From: Deltaproteobacteria bacterium
Lineage (GTDB): Bacteria > Myxococcota > Kuafuiibacteriia > Kuafuiibacteriales > Kuafuiibacteriaceae
DNA length: 64,000 nucleotides
Direction of reading: 5' to 3'
Assembly: GCA_040218735.1 (NCBI GenBank)
Contig: JAVJQW010000033.1
Coordinates: 213,748-277,747 of the forward strand
Program-made: the position numbers and the translations under genes
Part shown: positions 58,994-64,000 of the stretch, one piece after another
How the letters are laid out: every line of letters starts with the position of its first letter
Numbering within the stretch: the stretch's first letter is position 1
The notes under the pieces: model-generated
Seen by the model: the letters and a program-made list of their open reading frames with translations, nothing else
What the model was told of the DNA's origin: nothing
Database searches by the model: none

Positions 58994-60403
58994 TTAGGGC
59001 AGCAAGTCGCGCGGGAAGCGCCACGTCTCGGCGGGGCGCGCGTACGCGAAGTCGAAGCTGTCGAGGATCGCGGGCCAGCGGTCTTCGAACTTCGCCCAGT
59101 TCACCTCGCCGGCCGGCGCGGTGAGCGGGTTGCCGTCGCGATCGCCGCGGCGGGATGCGAAGTCGAAGAACGTCCACAGGTCGCGCCCGACCGGGACCTG
59201 GACCACGGGGGTGATGGCGGCGACGACGGCGCTGCGATCGAGCTCGCCCGGCTTCGTCGCGGTGAACGCGCGCTGCACGGCCTCGGCTTGTTCGCGCCAC
59301 GCGATGAGGTTGTTGCCGAAGCGGACGAGGTCGTTGCGGTACGTGTCGTCCTCGGTCTGGCCGGCGAGCACGTAAAGCGCAAACGCGGCGCGCACACGAT
59401 CGTTGCCGAGGTGCGGCGCGGCGACGTCGCCGAGGTCAGCCGGAGGCGGTCCGTGCTTCGCGGCGTCTCGCGCCCAGGCGAAGACGGCGCGGCTGGTCGC
59501 CGCGGACGACTCGGGGAGGTGGAGCTTCTCGAGGACGGCTTCCGGAGTGAGTGGCCCGCGCGCGCGTAGGCGGAGGAACGCTTCGGCGGACGCACCGATG
59601 TCCCCGAAGATGTCGCGGTTCCCGTCGCCGAGCAGCGCACGGTAGGTGCGGCAGAGCGTCGCGAGGTTGTCGAGGATCTGGGAGTCGGCGTCGCCGCCCA
59701 TCCACCCGAAGAGTGCGTTCGAGATGGCCGACGGCGCGTTGAAGATTCGGTCGAGGACCGACCGCCCCTCGGCGGGCGCGACTAGGTTCCAGAAGCGGTA
59801 CGCGACCTGAGTGAGGAGGCGCGGATCCGACGCGAGGCCGCGGAGGGCGGCGGCGTCGTCCACGGCGCAGAACAGGGCGACCGCGGCGCCGATGGCGGTG
59901 GCGGCGCGGTCACTCCCGACGACGTCGATCGCGCGGGCGACGTGGTTGGCGATCGTCCGGCGTGCGCCGTTCAGCTCCAGCGCGTCGAACACCTCCTCGC
60001 GACTCGCGCGCTGAACGGTGAGCATCTCGAGCGCTTCGAGCGTCTGGCTGGCGGCCCGCATCCCGCGGCCCACTTGCGGAGAGGCGTGGGCGCCGACGGC
60101 GAACCAGTTCGGGAGCGTCTCGGCGGCCGGCGTCGCGTCGGCGCGTGTGCTGCGACCGACGCCCCCGACGCGTGCCGGACGAGGGGCGGGTTGGAGCGAC
60201 CGCTGAACCTCGCGGGCGATGGTCTGGTAGGCGGCGTTGAGGTGGAGGTTGCGTTCGACCGGGTCGCGATGCCGGGCGAGGATGGCGCGGACGTCGGGGA
60301 TCGGATCGACGGTGACGCCCCGGTCGACGCGCGGGGCCGGTCGATGCACGGACGGCGGCAGGGCACGCGGCGGTGGCGGCGTCCGAATGACGTCGAAAGG
60401 CAC
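58994..60403 (-). CDS. Hypothetical protein (DUF2515-like motifs), Pro-rich signal-less N-terminus
   Basis: RNLHLNAAY, NWFAVGAHASPQVG, GNRDIFGDIG, NLIAWREQ, NWAKFEDRW; start GTG at 60403 is inferred. Confidence 0.6.
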   Translation of the reverse strand: MPFDVIRTPPPPRALPPSVHRPAPRVDRGVTVDPIPDVRAILARHRDPVERNLHLNAAYQTIAREVQRSLQPAPRPARVGGVGRSTRADATPAAETLPNWFAVGAHASPQVGRGMRAASQTLEALEMLTVQRASREEVFDALELNGARRTIANHVARAIDVVGSDRAATAIGAAVALFCAVDDAAALRGLASDPRLLTQVAYRFWNLVAPAEGRSVLDRIFNAPSAISNALFGWMGGDADSQILDNLATLCRTYRALLGDGNRDIFGDIGASAEAFLRLRARGPLTPEAVLEKLHLPESSAATSRAVFAWARDAAKHGPPPADLGDVAAPHLGNDRVRAAFALYVLAGQTEDDTYRNDLVRFGNNLIAWREQAEAVQRAFTATKPGELDRSAVVAAITPVVQVPVGRDLWTFFDFASRRGDRDGNPLTAPAGEVNWAKFEDRWPAILDSFDFAYARPAETWRFPRDLLP

Positions 60404-60548
60404 ACATCGTTTTCGGGTTCGACGTTGCGTTGGTGCTGACGGTGCCTGACGTCTGCAACGTTCGCAGGATTCGCCCAAGGACACGGAAATGACCGCGCAG
60501 AGTTGGCGGTAGGATTGCGCTCTTCTCGGCGCGGAAGGACGATGCCGG

Positions 60549-61982
60549 GTGGTGTCCGGGGGGAACGCCAAGAGCTGGGGGGCGCTCGTCGAGCATGCCT
60601 TCGACGCCGTGGTGATCGTCGAGCCGACGGAGGGCGCGATTACGGTCGCGAACGACAACGCGTGCGCGATCGCGGGCGCGTCCTCACTCGCCGGTGCGAA
60701 CATCACCGCGCTCGACGTCGAAGTGGCGGCGACCGGATGGCCTGCGTTCGTCGCGGCGCTCGCGTCGTCGGGCCCGACGATCTTGTCGAGCGCGTGGCGC
60801 CGGGCGGATCGTCTGGTGCCCGTCCGATCGCGCTGGTGGATCGGGCCGGAGCAGGACGTGGTTGGCCTCGTACGCGAGCTCGCCGAGTCGGCGCCGGAGG
60901 TCCACCCTCGGCTCGTCGACGATCACGAGACGACGGCGCCGAACGCGGTGAGTGTGCTCGACGTCGAACGTCGAGTTCAGTTCACGACACGCGCGCCCAC
61001 CGGGGGGCTCACCGCCGACGAGATCATCGGCCGCTCCGCCTACGACTTCGTGCGGCCGGAGGCGGTCGAAGTCGTTCGCGCGAGCCTCGACGAGGCTTTT
61101 ACGACCGGGCGGACGACGAGCTACGAGAGTCGCGTCAACGAGCCGGATGGTTCGTCGCGGCTGAATCACAGCGTCGTGATCCCGATCCGGCGCGGCGACG
61201 AGGTCGTCGCGGTCTCGGTCGTCTCGCGCGACCTCACGCAGATCCGCCTCGACGAAGCGCGGCGCGAGCGGGCGGAGGCGAGGATCTTCCACGCCCAGAA
61301 GCGCGAGGCGCTGGGGACGATGGCGGCGGGCATCGCCCACGAGATCAACAACCCGCTGACGTTCCTGTGGGGCAACCTCGATTACATCGGGCAGCTCTGC
61401 GAGGAGCTCGACGCCGAAGCGGCCGTGAAGATCGGCGAGCTCGTCGCGGACGCGCTCGGCGCGTTGAATCGAATCAAGACGATCGTCTCCGCAGTTTCGA
61501 AGAGCTCGCGCGCGGACGACGCGCGGATCGAAGCCGTGCAGCTCGCGGCAGTGCTCGTCAACTCGACGAGCGTCGCGTCGCCCTACTTGCGCAACGTGGA
61601 GGTCGTCGTCGAGTTGGGCGAGCTCCCCACGGTGCGCGGCAACGAGGTCCGCCTCACGCAGGTGTTCAACAACCTCCTGATCAACGCCGGCCACGCGGTG
61701 GCGGAGGTCGAGTCGGGGTGCGTCCGGGTGGACGCCAACGTCCTGGAGCGGACGGTCGAGGTGTTCGTGCGCGACAACGGACCGGGCGTCCCGTCGGCGC
61801 TCCGCGACCGGGTCTTCGAACCGTTCTTCACCACGAAGGCGGTCGGCGCGGGCACCGGCCTCGGCCTGTGGGTCTGCCAGCAGATCGCCCGCTCCTTCGG
61901 CGGCGACCTGACGCTCGAAGACCGGGAGGACGGCGCGCACTTTCGCGTCGAGCTACCGCGGTTCGACGTACCCGACGCGTGA
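60549..61982 (+). CDS. Cytoplasmic PAS-PAS sensor histidine kinase
   Basis: AAGIAHEINNPL, QVFNNLLINA, VRDNGPG, FEPFFTTK, GTGLGL; two PAS-like segments. Confidence 0.92.
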   Translation: MVSGGNAKSWGALVEHAFDAVVIVEPTEGAITVANDNACAIAGASSLAGANITALDVEVAATGWPAFVAALASSGPTILSSAWRRADRLVPVRSRWWIGPEQDVVGLVRELAESAPEVHPRLVDDHETTAPNAVSVLDVERRVQFTTRAPTGGLTADEIIGRSAYDFVRPEAVEVVRASLDEAFTTGRTTSYESRVNEPDGSSRLNHSVVIPIRRGDEVVAVSVVSRDLTQIRLDEARRERAEARIFHAQKREALGTMAAGIAHEINNPLTFLWGNLDYIGQLCEELDAEAAVKIGELVADALGALNRIKTIVSAVSKSSRADDARIEAVQLAAVLVNSTSVASPYLRNVEVVVELGELPTVRGNEVRLTQVFNNLLINAGHAVAEVESGCVRVDANVLERTVEVFVRDNGPGVPSALRDRVFEPFFTTKAVGAGTGLGLWVCQQIARSFGGDLTLEDREDGAHFRVELPRFDVPDA

Positions 61983-62070
61983 CCACGCCGCTCGCACCGC
62001 ATGAGTCGGGCGAGCTGCGGCGGGGGAGCGCGCCGGCGTCGTGGAGCTCGGGGCGGCGGATGCTGTTCGC

Positions 62071-63050
62071 GGGGTTGGTGAAGGAGGGGTGCGGCAGCGC
62101 GCCGTTTTGCAGGGCTCGGGACGGCGGGTGCGGCGGCGCGCCGTATCGCGGGGCTGGTGAGGGAGGGGGCGCGACGGGCCGTTGTGCAGGGCTCGTGCCG
62201 AGGGGTGCGGCAGCGCGCCGTTTCGCCGGGCTGGTGCCGGAGGGGTGCGGCGGCGCGCCGTTTCGCAGGGCTCGTGCCGGAGGGGTGCGGCGGCGCGCCG
62301 TTTCGCCGCGCTCGTGAAGGCGGGTGCGGCGGCACCCCGTATTGCGAGGGCTCGTGAAGGAGGGTGCGGCGGCGCGCCGTTTCGCCGAGCTCTTGACGGA
62401 GGGGTGCGGCGGCGCGCCGTTTCGCGGCGCTCGTGACGGAGGGGTGCAGCGGCGCGCCGTTTCGCCGAGCTCTTGACGGAGGGGTGCGGCGGCGCGCCGT
62501 TTTGCGGGGCTCGTGACGGAGGGGTGCAGCGGCGCGCCGTTTCGCGGGGCTCGTGACGGAGGGGTGCAGCGGCGCGCCGTTTCGCCGAGCTCGTGACGGA
62601 TGGGGGCGCGGAGCGCCGTCTCGGGCTCGGGAAGGAGGGAGCGTCGCGGCGCCGATTCGCGGGGGCTCGTGAACGAGGGAGCGGCGGAGCGTCGTTTTCG
62701 CGGGGCTGGTGAAGCAGGGTGCGGCGGCACGCCGCTTCGCGGCCGCTCGTGAAGGAGGGGCGCGGCGGCGCTCCGTTTTGCCGGGCTCGTGACGGAGGGG
62801 GGCGCGGAGCGCCGTCTCGGGCTCGTGACGGAGGGAGCGTCGGCGCGCCGATTCGCGGGGGCTCGTGAAGGAGGGAGGTCGGCGCCGATTCGCGGGGCCT
62901 CGTGACGGAGGGTGCGGCGGAGGGCCGTCCCGGGCTGGTGACAGAGGGGGTGCGGCGGAGGGCCGTTTCGCGGGGCTGGTGAAGGAGGGTGCGGCGGCGC
63001 GCCGTTCTGCCGGGCTCGTGACGTAGGGGAGCGGCGGAGCGCCGTACTTT
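62071..63050. repeat. Degenerate tandem array of about 25 units of 36-41 bp
   Basis: Consensus GGGCTCGTGACGGAGGGGTGCGGCGGCGCGCCGTTTCGCN; modal unit 40 bp; internal palindrome CGGCGCGCCG; near-identical units at 62387-62586. Confidence 0.92.
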
Positions 63051-63081
63051 CGAAGGGAGCCGGCGCTCTCGAGCCCCGGCC

Positions 63082-64000
63082 TCACGCGCTGCCCTCCACG
63101 CGCGCCGGTGGTGTTGGCTCGCCTTCACGCTTTGGCCGCTCGGAACGCTCGCCCGGACTGGCCTGGGTACCGCGGCGCCCGCGGATTCTCCGATCGATGA
63201 AGGCGCGGCCCATCACTTCGCGTGCCGCGTGAAGGTTGTGCGCGCGGCACAGCAGCCGGAGCTCACCGACTACGCTCTTGGCGCCGAGCGCGCGTCCGCC
63301 CACGTGATCGAACTCCAGATTCGACCGTTCGCTGCAACGTCGCCCGTCTGGGCTCACGTACGTGCACTGTGAGCCGTCGCGCTCGACCACGGCACGTCGT
63401 GTGGCGGCCGGTACGTACGCTGCGCCCTTGGGTGCATCCTCGGCAGGCGTCGATCGCGGACGACTCGTCTTTCCGTTCTTTCTTCGCTCCAGCGTCTCCA
63501 CGTACAGCGCGAGCGCCGCTTCGAAGATCTCCCCGATGTCCGTCCCAGGCGGGGTGAGCTCCTTGGCTTGATCCAACAGCGCCTTGGCTTCGGCGCTCCC
63601 GTCGAAGTGAAAAGCGAACGTGTCGGGCGTTGCCGCCTCGACGCGATCGTCAGAGCTCTTCGCGCCTGGGAACTCGGTGGCGATCAGCATCTCGACCTCG
63701 GCCTTCGACCTGTTCCGCGCCTGCTCGACAAGGCTGTGGGCGTTGTCGTCGTTCATGAACTTGGAGAGCTTTGCGACGCCGGTCATATGCAGCTCGCCGG
63801 TCGCGATCATCTGGAAGACCTCCGGCACCCGCCGCGCCGCGCGCAGCACGGCGACACGACGGCACGCCTGGTCCTCGGTCAGCCCGAGCCCCTCGACGCA
63901 GAACCGAAACAGCGAGCTGAAGCCGCGCTCCACGTAGAGCTTGCGCCGCTCGATCTCCGCCATGAACCGGAGCGCCTGCACACCGCTCTTCAGCTCCGCG
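63082..64000 (-). CDS. DUF222-like HNH endonuclease (5'-truncated by the window edge)
   Basis: Frame is open to the edge; AEIERRKLYVERGFSSLFRFC..LGL N-domain; YVPAATRRAVVERDGSQC...RC...LEFDH...LRLLCRAHN. Confidence 0.88.
   Translation of the reverse strand, partial: AELKSGVQALRFMAEIERRKLYVERGFSSLFRFCVEGLGLTEDQACRRVAVLRAARRVPEVFQMIATGELHMTGVAKLSKFMNDDNAHSLVEQARNRSKAEVEMLIATEFPGAKSSDDRVEAATPDTFAFHFDGSAEAKALLDQAKELTPPGTDIGEIFEAALALYVETLERRKNGKTSRPRSTPAEDAPKGAAYVPAATRRAVVERDGSQCTYVSPDGRRCSERSNLEFDHVGGRALGAKSVVGELRLLCRAHNLHAAREVMGRAFIDRRIRGRRGTQASPGERSERPKREGEPTPPARVEGSA

Noticed and set aside
62071-63050. CRISPR array
   Set aside because: Units are contiguous degenerate copies without unique spacers, and no cas genes are in the window.
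61583-63128. Long minus-strand ORFs (500, 300 and 391 aa) across the repeat
   Set aside because: All three frames give the same low-complexity peptides in rotation because of the 40-bp period; stop-poor GC DNA; they overlap the histidine kinase antisense.

Overview
High-GC bacterial window. Gene content (many Ser/Thr kinases, PEGA, CHAT and HEAT proteins, Cys-rich lipoproteins) suggests Myxococcota or a related deltaproteobacterium; this is an inference. Housekeeping genes (mfd, glyA, ampG, cyclophilin, dapD, corA, RNB nuclease, rpsU-dnaG-rpoD, hisIE) are interleaved with accessory genes. About 52 CDS were called by eye from motifs; no rRNA, tRNA, cas gene or true CRISPR array was seen. Most notable: (1) a ~25-unit, ~40-bp degenerate palindromic non-coding tandem array directly downstream of a DUF222-like HNH nuclease gene at the right edge; (2) two paralogous small proteins (motif LE-x4-SPTA ... 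RFL ... RAP) that I do not recognise, each abutting an acidic, signal-peptide-less cell-wall-binding or lysozyme-like protein, which may be chaperone/effector pairs; (3) a peptidoglycan-binding clan-CD protease coupled to an exported HEAT protein; (4) an exported CHAT/trypsin/caspase protease cluster; (5) a recurrent leaderless-promoter architecture; plus a bacterial cereblon beside an RNB nuclease, an ODP/MCP-like oxygen-sensor pair, a VKOR-DsbA/OmpA/TlpA operon and an RpoD with a very long Lys/Ala-rich N-terminus. All domain calls come from visual motif recognition, not database searches.
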